The notes under the pieces: model-generated
Databases searched by the model: none
Seen by the model: the letters and a program-made list of their open reading frames with translations, nothing else
Told to the model about the DNA's origin: nothing
Position numbers and translations under genes: made by a program
Origin: Lepidodermella squamata
Taxonomy: Eukaryota; Animalia; Gastrotricha
NCBI GenBank assembly: GCA_047495785.1
Contig: JBLDXI010000013.1
Span: 2,170,001 to 2,234,000, forward strand
DNA: 64,000 nucleotides
Direction of reading: 5' to 3'
Shown: positions 21,611 through 34,117 of the stretch, in pieces
How the letters are laid out: each line of letters begins with the position of its first letter
Numbering within the stretch: position 1 is the stretch's first letter

Positions 21611-24600
21611 ATGCGATGCCACCGATGTGTGGTACTGCTGAATTGTTTACGCATATTTTTCGTCTCGTATCTGGCCGATGGTTTTCCAACTTATTTGAAG
21701 CTTATTCCAAACGGCGACAGGGTGCCTCATCCGTGTGATCGTAATTCAGCATGGCTTGGCGTCGGTCACCAGTTACCAGACGGTTCGGGCCGGCGAAATT
21801 CTTTCGGTGCAGATTTTCAACGATTAAACAAGTCTTGGACTCGAGAGCTATGCCGGCTAGACAGTGATGGTAATTAATTATACTTCCCCTTTCATTTTAA
21901 GTCTAGAGAATCAACCAAATTCGCTGCATCTCGATTATTTTTATTTTTGACAGCAATTTTTAAGATTTTTATGTTTGAATCGGCCGAAATTTATAAATGG
22001 GTGACCCTATTAACCATAACCCTGACCCAATCCTAATGTTAAACCTAACCCTAATCCTAACCCTAACCAGGAAAACCTCAAAAAATCATCGTGTAAAAGC
22101 AATGAACAAATGAACAAATGAACAAATGAAAATGTTTTATTTTACGTCCACCTTCAGCTAAAAGTGATGGTAATATATATATATACAAGCCTTACCCGTG
22201 AGGGTTTAGGGGACGGCTGACGACGAGAGATCAGCTTCAGGAACAGTCGCGAACAATCTGCTTTTTCCCATGAATTCATAATTTTCTATACTGTTACATA
22301 GTAGCTGCCATTCTTCCCGGTCTCTAGCTGTTACTTCCGCCAATTCTAAATCCGCAATTTTGTGAATTTCGATGCGTCGCATCAATAAGGTTGATTTACG
22401 GGGTCGCCCTCGTTTTTTAGGTTCATTAGGATCCCTGATACGTTTTTCATGTATATAAAAAATTCCGATTTTTAGAAGGCTTCTTCGGAGGCAGTCAGAC
22501 CATCGGGTTGGCGGCCTGCCGCGAGGCAAGTACCAACTCGGGTCGACTGCTTTCCAATAATACATAATACTCGTGAGACTTTCAGGGTCATATTCGTCCT
22601 GCCGAATTATATGGTGTAAAAGCAAGCTCAATTTAAAAAATTATTTAAAAATAGGTAAAATATACCACAAAATTATCTACAAATATTATGAAAATTTACT
22701 AAATCGCAAAAATGTGCAGAAATCATCTGCCCTAATTTAATTAAAAAAATCGAAATTTTCTGAATTAGCACACATTTTTCAATCTCCCTCTAGTCTCAAA
22801 TTAACCTACCTCAAATTAACCTTACGGTTACGGTCTTGAATTTTGGAATTCGAATATTGAAAATATGAATAATTCCTTTTTTTTAAGTTTCTCAGCGGCA
22901 GGAATCCTTAATTCTCTAATTTTATGATATATTCCAGGTGACGGAAGAACTAACGGCGAGGAGCTGGGTGATCCTAACTGTTCGTGGACTGTTGGCTCCA
23001 CCCCTAGTGTAACCAGCCGGGACTTGCTATCTCATCCTGGCGTGTGCGAGCCGACTGATTCGGCCACTTGTTTAGCTAAAAACCGATTCCTACTCACCCT
23101 GGATCCGTGCTTGAAAAACAAAACCAACGACTGGTGCCCGAGCGTTTCACGGCCATTTGTCCGCTCGATCACTCTACACCTCGACCCTGTTCATCTGCCC
23201 GACAGCGAATCATTCAAAATTTGCCAGATTTTCCCGATACCAAGCGATAATTCGTATCATGTAATCGCCTGGGAGCCGTTAGTTACCAACCCGGATTTAG
23301 TCCATAGTGTTACGCTATACGCATGTGACGAATCGAGCGATGAAGCAGCTGCGGCGCTGCAAAAATCGACAAACGCCTCAGAATGTCCGTTAGTACCAAC
23401 TTGCTCGTCGATAATCGCGATTTGGACATCAGGAGCTCCGCGGCGGTGTTTCAACGATCAAATCGGCCTGCCTATGGGCAAAAATTTCTATTCGACTGTG
23501 ATTTTACAAGTTCATTACCTTCGAACGTCGTTGACGAACAAAAAAGTTCGCGACTCTTCCGGCCTGAAGTTGCATTTTACGCCGGTTTTAAGGCCGACTG
23601 AAAAAGGCATGATTGCTGTAGGCCAAAGCGACATTCAACTGCCACCTCGGACTAAGCTGACTACAGCATTCGGAAAAGCATTTCAGGGCGATTGCAGCCG
23701 CCGTCAATTAGCGTCTCATTCATCGTATAAAATCACCTCGATTCATTTTTTAATGCACGAAGCCGGCAATTGGGGTCGATTGACAATCGCTAGAAATTCG
23801 ACCGGGAAACGGCTGACAATCATCGATGAAGCAATAAATTATTTGACGCCGAAATTCGTTGCTTTCAATGTTTCGAGTCAAATCACTATCGAGCCTGGTG
23901 ACGGTTTTGAGGTTGAATGCCGTTACGACACGTCGAAGCGCAGGAAGTGGACATTTTTCGGAGATTCATTCAAAACCGAGGAAAAATGTTTGGTGTACCT
24001 GGAAATCTACCCTAGACCCTCAAATCGTCTATTTCGAAATTTTGCTGACCTGGTAAATTAAGAGCAATTATCAATACCATTTGGAAGAATTTCTATTGAT
24101 TTTAGGGAGATCTGAGCTATTGTGCGAATCGTGAGGCTGTCATTGGAAACTGCTCTAAAAATACTGTTGGTGGAATTTTGGTCAACAGCGAAAAATCCCC
24201 AGAACAGGGCTTAATGGCCAGCTGTACATGCCACTCATATCCATCGACTGCCTGTTCCAGTAAATGCTATGGGTAAGTGAAATTCGTCTACACCATGTCC
24301 CACATTTTGGCAACTCTTTTCTGATTTTGCAACTTCTCGCTGGAAATTTATCCTTTTTTCAAATTGAACCGAGTAATGGGATTAATACTAGTGCTGGGAG
24401 CCTTTCCCAATCGTTTATTTTCTATCTCACCTGAAAAAATGATAAACCTCGGAAATCTCGGAAAACCCCCGAAAAACCCGATGGTTCGATTATTATCGGT
24501 ATTTTACTCGGTTGAATTAAATTTCTCCAGATTTTTTAAATTCATGTTGGTTAGCTTCCAAGTTTACCATTAACACTTCAACTGCCCGAACAAGGGGTCC

Positions 24601-25221
24601 AAGCTCCAGGATTTAGACCCAAATCGTATTTTTCCCTTAAGGAATTTGGAGACATGTATTTCCTTTGGTTGCGTTACATATGGGACACATTGTTACAAAA
24701 TTTTAAATAATTTTTCAAAATTGAAAAATTCGCGTGAATGAAATTGCTGGCCTATAACATCAATATTTTGAGCCTATAAAATCGGCATTAAATCTTCCTC
24801 AATGTTGGAAAATTAGGTGAAAATTATAAAAAGTTGTAATAATTTCATTTTTCGCAGGTTTCTATCTCGCGCCGGTTTGCTGCACAATCCTTGCCTGACA
24901 GGAGTCGCCATTCACTCGATAGCTCGCTACTGGCTGACAATGATGCCCGAACAGCTTTATTACCTTCAATCACAAACCGACCTCTGCTCGACCTTGAGTA
25001 AAAATTCAGCGCCCGCCAACGACACGGTTTGCTCCGAAGAAATCATGCGGCCTCTTCGCGATGACCCGTCTCGCTTCATCGAAGCCTCCGAACGAGGCAC
25101 ATCAGTTAACGCCGCTGACCACATTTTAAGTGGGTCTCTTAAAACCCTCTTGAGCTTTGTGACTATTATAGCTTTTCTTATGCTGACACGGCATACCATT
25201 CAAGTGCATCGAATACAATGA
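21611..25221 (+). CDS. Temptin + DBH-like monooxygenase paralog with substituted copper ligands; exons 21611-21869, 22938-24052, 24106-24272, 24858-25221
   Basis: All three GT-AG introns splice in frame (DSD-G|DG, ADL|GDL, CYG|FLS). Colinear with the 15913 gene, but has VHSV, FLMH and EEKC at the Cu-ligand sites. Confidence 0.85.
22010..22068 (+). repeat. Degenerate (CCCTAA)n-like repeat within intron
   Basis: taaccataaccctgacccaatcctaatgttaaacctaaccctaatcctaaccctaacc. Confidence 0.55.
22172..22631 (-). mobile_element. 3' fragment of RTE-clade LINE with (TA)n tail, in intron 1 of the 21611 gene
   Basis: Peptide PRGRPPTRWSD...ARDREEWQ is typical of the RTE ORF C-terminus; (TA)n at 22172-22185. 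Confidence 0.8.
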
Positions 25222-25651
25222 TTATCTCGAGCTTGCTTCTATAATTATAATATAGGTGAAAAAATGTTCGAATGTTTTTTTTTTTAATTTCTATCACAGC
25301 AATTTTATATTTCGTACGTAAAAATGTCGCTAAAAAATTCGAAAAAATTCTTCATTGTCTTGTTGAGAGAAATTTTAATGAAATTTAATAAAGATGGATT
25401 TTAAATAACAAATGATAATAATTTGCTTTCAAAAGAAGCCGAGTGTGAATTGTTGAATAGACAGTTTAACGTTTGCTTGGCGTTATTTTATGGGCATCTT
25501 TTATCCAAAGGTGTCAATGCCTTGAAACGGCTTTTTGATAAGATCACAAACATTGAATTTACCAAGGCTGAAACAGCGATAACTAACATAGCACAAAGAT
25601 AAAGTGAAACCTAAACTTTATTGTCTCTTGCAGTAAAGAAGGTCACATAAA

Positions 25652-26354
25652 ATGTTGTCATCTCTTAAAAAAATTGAAATTTTTTCCGCATTTCTTCTCC
25701 AATTTATCTCAATTAACGCTGCTCCCACAGCTTTGTTGCTCCAACCAGGTCGTAAGTTTCCCCATCATTTGTTAAGGAAGAATTTTTATCTTTTTATAAG
25801 GTCCATATGAAGGTCGAAAATCGGCATTTTGCGACGGTCAAATTTATGAGATTCATACGAACTTGTGCTGTGGAGGTAGAATCTACCCGGACAAAGCGTC
25901 GATTTATACATGCTGCGGGTCGATGCCTTGTTTAACGAACGTTGGCGTTCAGGTTTACCGAACACTTGGCAGGCATCACGCGGAAGCTGATCCGAACTTG
26001 ATACACCCTGCTCCTGTTCCTCAACCAGCCAGAATCTTCGTGCCGGCTACAGTCAATGTAATTCCTGTCATTCAAGAAAGCCAAATGGACTACTTATGGG
26101 CTCCTGATAATAATGAAGAAGCGTTATTAGGAATTAATTATGACGACAGAGGGCCCGACTATGAAAATGCGTTATCTGAGCAATCCTTAAATGATCAGTA
26201 TGACTCAGGAGATCGGCAAATGGACCCACCAGCACAAGTCGCCCAACCAAGGTCGGCAAGATATCGGAATCCTTACTTCGAAGCTAACAACGGACAACCG
26301 ATATTGTCTCATTTTATCTTTGGAAATCCAGGTTATGATCTCTCAGAAAGATAG
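25652..26354 (+). CDS. Small secreted protein with galaxin-like di-cysteine repeats; exons ~25652-25751, 25801-26354
   Basis: Hydrophobic leader ending INA-AP; FCDGQIY..NLCCGGRIY..TCCGSMPC; acidic D/N/Y-rich C-terminal part. Confidence 0.65.
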
Positions 26355-27338
26355 ATAAAAGTACTGAACATTTTGTGAAGTTTGAATAAAATGGAATATC
26401 CTAATTCTGTTTTTCATTTAGGATTAGTGAATCAGTAACGACGCGATTTGATTTCTGCCTACTTTATCTCACGCCATTCATAAATTGATTCAATTTTTCT
26501 GGTAAATAATTTGATTAGCACGCGATTTTGAGAAAATTTTTGAAAGAAAAAAGTCGATTGAATGACGTAAAAAATGAATTTTTAACTATTCCCAGGAGGG
26601 CGAAACCTTTGTCTTGCCTTGACTTTTGGCAATTTGTGGTATGCAATTTTGTTAAAACTATAATAGAGCTTCCATAGGTAAATCCCAGCAAATCGGGGCG
26701 AAAATTAGGCAATTAATGATTTTTTTAAAGATTTTTTTATTAATTCGCGAGAAACTTGATTACTTAGCCTGAACCTCATCACTTGCCTTGATGCCAATAT
26801 CTTTTTCACAAAAATTGAAGCTCCAGGCCATTGCTTTCATCCCCTTTCATTTTTCGAAAATAGCTATGAATTCGAGGAATTGATAATATTTCAGTAACTG
26901 ATATTGCTCAATTCTAGATTTTTCGAAAGAAACAGCCGTAAGATCGCTGTCGCCACGCCCTTTTCTACAAGTGGACGTTGAATACCATAAGGAGGCGATA
27001 GCTATTGTTGTGACCCGTCTGTCCATGTTTTGTTTGCCCAACCGGCAGGTAGCAGCACAGCACAGCAATGCCGCGCGCTGCATCGTGATGCTTGTTGTGG
27101 AGTAGAAACCAGGGAACAACATAAATGCCGCTCACGCATTACTAAACAACTACTATACAGGGGCTGCTGCACACCAATGTAGTAGTACTATGAGATGGCC
27201 AGCTTTTTACGCATATTCATTTATGAGAGGCCTGTATAATTCATGGCTGAATTTTCTACCCTGGTTCATTAATTTTACGCTTACGTGGCAGAAATTTATT
27301 TCTGATATTATTTTTCTCAGGTTATATTAACCTTAAAA

Positions 27339-28069
27339 ATGAAAATCCATCCGGTGGCGTCGTCTTATGGCTTAATTTTCACCCTTGCGATATTCATCAG
27401 CAAATGCCAAAGTTTTCCTGACTACGTCGGCTACGTCCCGAATGGTGATTTATAATATTCTCATCAATCATCTCTAAAATATTTTAAAAAAATTAGGCGA
27501 TAAAATTCCACACCCATGTGACAGGACAAAAACATGGCCAGGTAACACTTTCGCGCTTTGAATTGAATTTCGAACTTATTTTTTTTTAATATTTATCAGC
27601 TATTGGACATGAATGGCCTGGAGGTCATGGCAAAACAACTCCATTTGGCGATCACTTCCCCGGGGTGAGTTTTGATTTTTGTTTATAAATTATTTTTATA
27701 ATTTTTATGAATTTGTAGCACTGGGGTAAAGAGATTTGTCAATACGATTCTGATGGTATATTTGTTAGGAAAATTATATTGTCAAATGAAGGTTTCCATT
27801 TTTAACAGGCGATGGTCGCACAAATGGCGAAGAACTTGGTGATCCCGACTGTGTTTGGACGCGAGGCGACGAGCCGGCAATAACAGATCCTGAACTCCTT
27901 AGCCACCCAGGTTCGAATTATTATTAGCCGATTGTTCTCTAATTTATTTGATTATTTTTCTCGCTTTCCAGGGGTTTGCGAGCCGATTGACGCCCCGATT
28001 TGCAAGGACAAGAACAAGTTCTTAGGTCGTGACTGCTTGGCGAAATTTCCGACAAAAAGCGAACTGTGA
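27339..28069 (+). CDS. Minimal temptin-domain protein ending KSEL; 6 exons (27339-27444, 27497-27541, 27600-27664, 27719-27755, 27809-27910, 27972-28069)
   Basis: Five 52-61 nt GT-AG introns rebuild VPNGDKIPHPCD..WPAIGHE..CQYDSDGDGRTNGEELGDPDC..HPGVCEP..KSEL*. Absent from the ORF track. Confidence 0.85.
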
Positions 28070-28312
28070 AATGAGAACTGTTAATAAATCATATATCCTG
28101 AGCTCAAATATCATTTCCTGTTGAACTATAACATCAATAATTATGACAGCATTTAAATAATCCTTGACTTCAAGAGCATGTTTTAATGGCGCTTGCCATT
28201 AGAAATAAAATGAGAGATCTTCGAAATTCAAGGGATACATCGATTGAGGAATAAGTGCATCAATCGCGCAGGATGATCCTGTTTCCTGACATATTTCTAA
28301 ATTCGAATCAAC

Positions 28313-29339
28313 ATGATTATTTCAGCTATTTTTCTGGCACTTTTTCTCAATTCAGCCTTGGCAATTCAAGGCTACCAATTCAGGGTGGGTTCCATGTTGG
28401 TTCCACGAATTTAGGTCTGTAAAATCAATTAATTTAGGTACCCAACGGTGAACATGTCCCACATCCTTGCAGTCATCCAATCAGATGGCCTGGTAACTAA
28501 ATGATTTATTGTGTGACCTACTTTTGATTACCGACTCCTGGGTATAGGATTAGGCCACCAGGATCCAGCAGGAGACGGAACAACGAATAAATTCGGCACA
28601 GATTTCGCACTTAGCGATCACACTTGGACTCAAGCTCTTTGCCGGTTAGATTCCGACGACGATGGCCGAACAAATGGCGAAGAATTGGGCGATCCAGATT
28701 GCGTTTGGACGATCTCGGCGACCCCGGCTGTTACAGATCGAGCGCTATTGTCGCACCCTGGTGTTTGCGAGCCTATAAATTCGGCCCAATGCTACGCTTC
28801 CAACTCGTTTTTATCCGGCTACCCTGAATGTTTGACTCTAATGGCTTCGATGGTCGCCGATGAAATTCGGGAGTCGACTACGACTACGCCAAGCACTACG
28901 GCTACAAGAGCTACTAGGGGCGTTACGAACTCTACAATCAGCGTCAGATCAACCACTACTACTACGACCAGAAGCTCGATTCAAACCTCTACAAGATCAA
29001 CGACGACTTCAACATCATCAATAAGTAAGTTTTTTTTTATTTTCTGAAATGCAAGCTATTTTTTGCATATATAGCCCCAGCAGTTTCGACCTCTTTTACA
29101 AGCACGGCGGCTACAACGGCATTGACTACAACGATTTACCTGCCGCGAGGTTGATTTGCGACATCTTAGTTTAAATAAAATACCATTATTTGTTTAATCA
29201 ACCAGCTAAGACGACCGAGCCTACGGTAGGTGCCACTGGTTCGACTTCCCGAAACCAGGCGTTGAACGTGCTGCTATGGTTTTCAGCTGTGTTTGTATCG
29301 AGCTTTGTCATAAGCTCATTTTATTGCCAACATATTTGA
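28313..29339 (+). CDS. Temptin domain + Ser/Thr mucin stalk + hydrophobic (GPI-like) tail, multi-exon
   Basis: MIISAIFLALFLNSALA; spliced FR|VPNGEHVPHPC..WP|GLGH..DSDDDGRTNGEELGDPDC; T/S-rich stalk; ends LLWFSAVFVSSFVISSFYCQHI. Confidence 0.82.
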
Positions 29340-29705
29340 TTATTTGATGTAATTCTAAGTTAAAAGCTTTCGATTGATTTTCGATTTTGATTAATAAATA
29401 TTCTTATACGCTTTTCATACGTAGCAACTCTTTCCAGCTAGAGGTCTGATGAAACAAGACTAAAAAAACTGCGAGATAAAAACCTCTTTTAACAAAAAAG
29501 TGATGTCTCATTTGCCTATTATCCATTATTTAAAGAAAGCAAAATAGGGATTGAGGGGGCTGCTTGTTCTTTTCATTCCACGGCTTTTCATGCGTATTTT
29601 TGTCACCAGGTTGCCGAGTAACACCTCAAAGACGCCGATATTTTGAAGAATTCTAGAATACTGCTATAGAGAGCATTAATCGCATCATCTTCTAAAGATA
29701 GAAAA

Positions 29706-30455
29706 ATGGCCAATCTAAATTTTGTTCTTTCATGCGTGGCACTGCTTTGCAATTTCGTGGAAATCGATGCTTTGGCCGCATATGGCGCCATGGTAAGGAA
29801 CATGCCACTCAATGTTTCGAAACACGATTTCACACGTTATTCTCCAGATTCCTAATGGCCTTCAAGTTCCACACCCTTGCGACACCAAGACCACATGGCA
29901 AGGTATACTCAGCTGCCACTAGAGCGTTTGAATCTTCATTGATTTTTTACAGGCGTCGGCCATCAAAGCCCGGCCGGAAGTGGAGCTAATAACCAGTTTG
30001 GCATTGACTTCGCAGCGGCTGGTCGGACCTGGGGAAATACGTTGTGCCGGAAAGATTCAGACGGTGATGGCAAAACCAATGGTGAGGAATTGGGCGACCC
30101 GAACTGCCAGTGGACGACAGGAGCCTCGCCGGCTGTAACAAACATGGCCCAATTGTCGCACCCTGGTGTTTGCGAGCCGATAACTTCGGCCGGATGCATT
30201 GCGAAAAATACATTTTTAAACAACGTGTCAATTTGTGCCAATTTACTGACGACTACCACGACAGTCGCGACCGGATCGGTTTCAAACACAACTACGGCAG
30301 CTAATTGTGAGTTGAAAAATCAGGAAAATCGGATAGAAATTTGACAGATTTGATTAATTACAGCTCAATCAACGACGACTAAAAAGTCATCGGCTGTTAA
30401 AATTGAAGTTGGAGCAACGTTCACGATTGGAATAGCGATGCTCCTGCTGTTGTAG
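29706..30455 (+). CDS. Temptin domain + Thr stalk + GPI-like tail, multi-exon
   Basis: MANLNFVLSCVALL..; AM|IPNGLQVPHPCD..WQ|GVGH..DSDGDGKTNGEELGDPNC; ends TFTIGIAMLLLL. Confidence 0.85.
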
Positions 30456-30810
30456 ATGCTTCAAGGAACTTTTCTCTTGATTCAATGTGATATTATTATA
30501 AACTGACATGAAAAAGCTTGGATTCTATCTAGAAAGTTCATGGGTTCAGCTTGATGGGGAGAAAAACGTGTTGTTGAAGCTAATAAATAATACTGCTTTT
30601 TGAAACAAGGGAACCATTTTTTCACTGCCGTTTAAACTGTCCAATTAGCACTTCTTAGGACTGAATATTTGAAACAAGGAGGTGAGGAAAAAATGTTAAT
30701 TATCATCGAAGCCCGCCTACCCAATGCTTGCAACCCTGGCACGAAAAGTGCCGAGTGTATTTAAGTTTCAGTTTTTAACGGGTTACGCAGTTGTTCAGTT
30801 TGAGCCCAAA

Positions 30811-32143
30811 ATGCAGCCTTTCTTAGTTTCTCTTATAGCTTTCCTCGCTCTAGCTGCCTCGACGAGCGGCCAAAGTGAGCTGATCTTCAACAGAAAATTT
30901 CATAAATTTACAATTTTTTTTCTCACAAGACGCATCTCGAGAGCGCCGAACTGAGGAGCAGGTCGAGGAGTGGAAATGCGAAACCCACTGGGACCATTGG
31001 GTTACGAAGCACAACAAAAAGTATGACGAGGCTGAGCTGGAGACTAAAAAGGGCCATTTCATGCGGGCCTGCGAACGCATCCTCGCCGCTCATCAGAAAC
31101 ATGTCGCTAAGGGTCGGGATATCAAATTCGGCTACAACGAGTACAGCGCTGAAGATCCTGAGGACCTCAAGAAATGGCTGTTGGGCTTAATTGAAGCTGA
31201 AGAATCAACGACAACGCCTTCCGGTGACGCTACAACATCGACAGCTTCGAGTGATAGTACTGGTCAAAGGAGGCGGAGAAGAGCTGCAACGACCAAGGCT
31301 CAAATCGTCGCACCCTCAAATCCAGTGAAAGGTGTTACCTTGCTTGATGACCAGCCAATCCCTGGCGCAATCATTGACTGGCGCCACCAGGGTAAGATGG
31401 TGGCGATAAAGAATCAAGAGCGCTGCGGTTGTTGCTATGCCATGGCGTCTACAGCAGTTTTCGAGGGTCGAATTGCGGTTGCGAAGAAAACAACCCCTGT
31501 CGCGATATCGGCGCAACAAATTGTCGACTGCAGCCCTGGAAATAACGGCTGCAACGGTGGAAGCTTCGACAAAACCCGGGAATACTACCTTCAGAACACC
31601 AACGGAGGGTTCTACATCAAGGATCAAGATTATCCATTCTCAGGCGCTGTATCGTCTAGCGGGTGTAAATTCGATCAAATCAGGTCTCGCCACGCCGTTG
31701 CATCGCCAACTTTCACGAAAGTAGATCAGAACGATGTTGCCGGCATTGTTCGAGGCCTGCAAACTGGGCCGGTTTTTGCGTCGATTAAGGTGGTTTCGGA
31801 TTTCAACCACTATCAATCCGGCATCTTTGAAGATGAAGAATGCGAGAATCTAGAGTACAGCGACGTAAACCACGGTGTTGCAATTGTCGGCTACGGCAAA
31901 GATCCTAAAACTGGCAAAGATTTGTTAGTCATTGCTTCGAAAATTTATTTAAAATTAATTTTTAATTTTTCCAGTTGGATAATGCGCAATAGCTGGGGAA
32001 CTACTTGGGGTGAGATCTTAGGTTTCCCGATTTTTTTATAACTACAATTTCAATTTTCAGGAATGAGCGGCTACTTTTTGCTTCGAAAGGGCGTCAATAT
32101 GTGCAATGTCGAGGGGCATATTAAATACGCTGATATCAGCTAA
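30811..32143 (+). CDS. Papain-family (C1A) cysteine protease, cathepsin L-like, multi-exon
   Basis: Signal peptide and I29-like prodomain; DWR..KNQERCGCCYAM, SAQQIVDC, GCNGG, NHGVAIVGYG, MRNSWGTTWGMSGYF. Confidence 0.9.
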
Positions 32144-32608
32144 AAGCTGGTATTTTGAAACTATGACATTCGAATTGCGCTCCATCTTTCAATAGCATAA
32201 ATTTGACCTTTATTTATGAATTTTCAGGGTCCCATTTGGTGGCTCTTAATTTCTCAGAAAATAAAAGAAACATGAGATTCGTGTTTTATTACTCTTGTGA
32301 TGATGATGTTTCAGCCAACTCGTGAATGCACAGGTACGTATAACGAGAAAATGATCAGATAAAAAAGTATCAGCTATACTTTTCATGCGTTAGCCTTCTG
32401 CCAGATTTTATGAACACGACATCTATTTCGTAAAAGCGGGGAGTACAAACTTTCATTAATGCTACTATATCTGTAGAAATTTGACATGATACATCCCTGT
32501 AAAAAAACATTCGAGAAAGCTTCACATGTTCAGCACAGTATATCATTTGAAAAATTCATCCATCTTCATAAAGATTCGCTCCACAGATTTCGCTGATTTT
32601 TTAGAAAA

Positions 32609-34001
32609 ATGCTCCTTAAAATTACAGTGGTGGTATCGATCGCTCTGGTGGTCAGCGTATCTGCCCAGATAATGGGTATTAATTTGAAATTGAAACTTCT
32701 GAAACTTCATTTTATTAAAATTTAAGGTGGATTGCGACAACGCCCCGCTTTTAGGACTACATCGCCACCACCTGCGGAAGACGCGGCCGAGGAAGAATGG
32801 GACTGCGAACAATTCTGGTTGAAATGGCTCAAGAAGCATGGTAAAACGTACGATTTAACGATATCAGGCGTGAGGATGATGGTCCTCTTCTTCCGAGCCT
32901 GCGATAAACTGCTAGCTATTCAAGATAAACATGTCGAAAAAGGGCATGATACCAAATTCGGCTTCAATGAATACAGCGCCGAAGATCCTGACGACCTCAA
33001 GAAGTGGCTGTTGGGTCTTGTCGAAGATGCAGGCGGTGACGAAACTCCAGCACCGCCAGTAGCGGCCAGCGATGCAAGTCCTAGCGAGAAGAGGAAAAGA
33101 CGCCAGGCCGCTGATATGATGGCTACTACAGCGAAAACCAACGTGACTAAGGCTAAAATATTGGCACCGCCAAACATTGTAAAGGGAGTTACTTTACTCG
33201 ACTCTGAGACGATTCCTGGCGCTGAAAAAGATTGGCGAAATGATGGGAAATTGGTTGCGATTAAGAACCAAATGAAATGTGGTTGCTGCTACGCCATGGC
33301 TGCGACGGCTGTCTACGAGAGTCGGTTAGCTATCGTCAAGAAAACCGGCCCGGTGGCAATGTCTGTTCAACAAATTGTCGACTGTAACCCGTTGACTAAT
33401 GCCTGTGATGGCGGAAACTTCGATAAAGTCCGGCAGTACTACATTCAGAATACAAATGGTGGAACTTATGTGAACGATGCAGACTACCCATTCATTGGAG
33501 GGGTGTCACCTGGTGGGTGTCGGCTAGAGAGTATCAGGCCGTGGAACCCAGTATCATCACCAGCCCTTATCAGAATCAATTCTGGGGACGTGGCTGGTAT
33601 TATTGATGGGTTGAAGACCGGGCCGATTTTCGCTGGCATGAAGGTTATTGAAGACTTCAATCACTACCAGTCTGGAATTTTTGAAGACTCTGACTGCGAA
33701 AACTTGGCGCCGGGTGATGTCAATCACGCTGTTACAATTGTTGGCTATGGGAAAGATCAGAAAAGCGGCAAAGACTTGTAAGTAAAATATTCAGACAAAT
33801 TTCAAAATCAATCTCGGATTTTTTTAATAGCTGGATCGTAAGAAATAGCTGGGGAACAACATGGGGTGAGTGATTTTATGAGATGTTAAAATTTGATTGA
33901 AATTTCGAGCTTTTTCAGGTATGAGCGGCTATTTTTTGATCAGGAAAGGTGTCAATATGTGCAACATCGAGGCTCGTGCAAAATATGCCGATGTAGCTTA
34001 A
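32609..34001 (+). CDS. Papain-family (C1A) cysteine protease, tandem paralog
   Basis: KNQMKCGCCYAM, NHAVTIVGYG, VRNSWGTTWGMSGYF; same intron positions as the 30811 gene. Confidence 0.9.
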
Positions 34002-34117
34002 CAAATTAAATCGATCGAAAATCACTGTTTGGTTGAATAAATGACTAATTTACTTGTAAAAATATTTATTTTCATGATTATTCATGTCGTAAATTGTCAC
34101 AAGAGCAATAAGTTTTT

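Noticed and set aside
22010-22068. Possible telomere or interstitial telomeric array
   Set aside because: Only a few degenerate CCCTAA units inside an intron; not enough to infer a telomere or fusion site.
24289-24695. Possible Tc1/mariner-type MITE in intron 3 of the 21611 gene
   Set aside because: The putative TIRs (caccatgtccca / tgggacacattgt) are too short and mismatched to support a call.
26847-27190. 91-aa minus-strand ORF and GC-richer patch upstream of 27339
   Set aside because: No motif or supporting splice sites; it may be regulatory or UTR sequence, but I cannot support a call.
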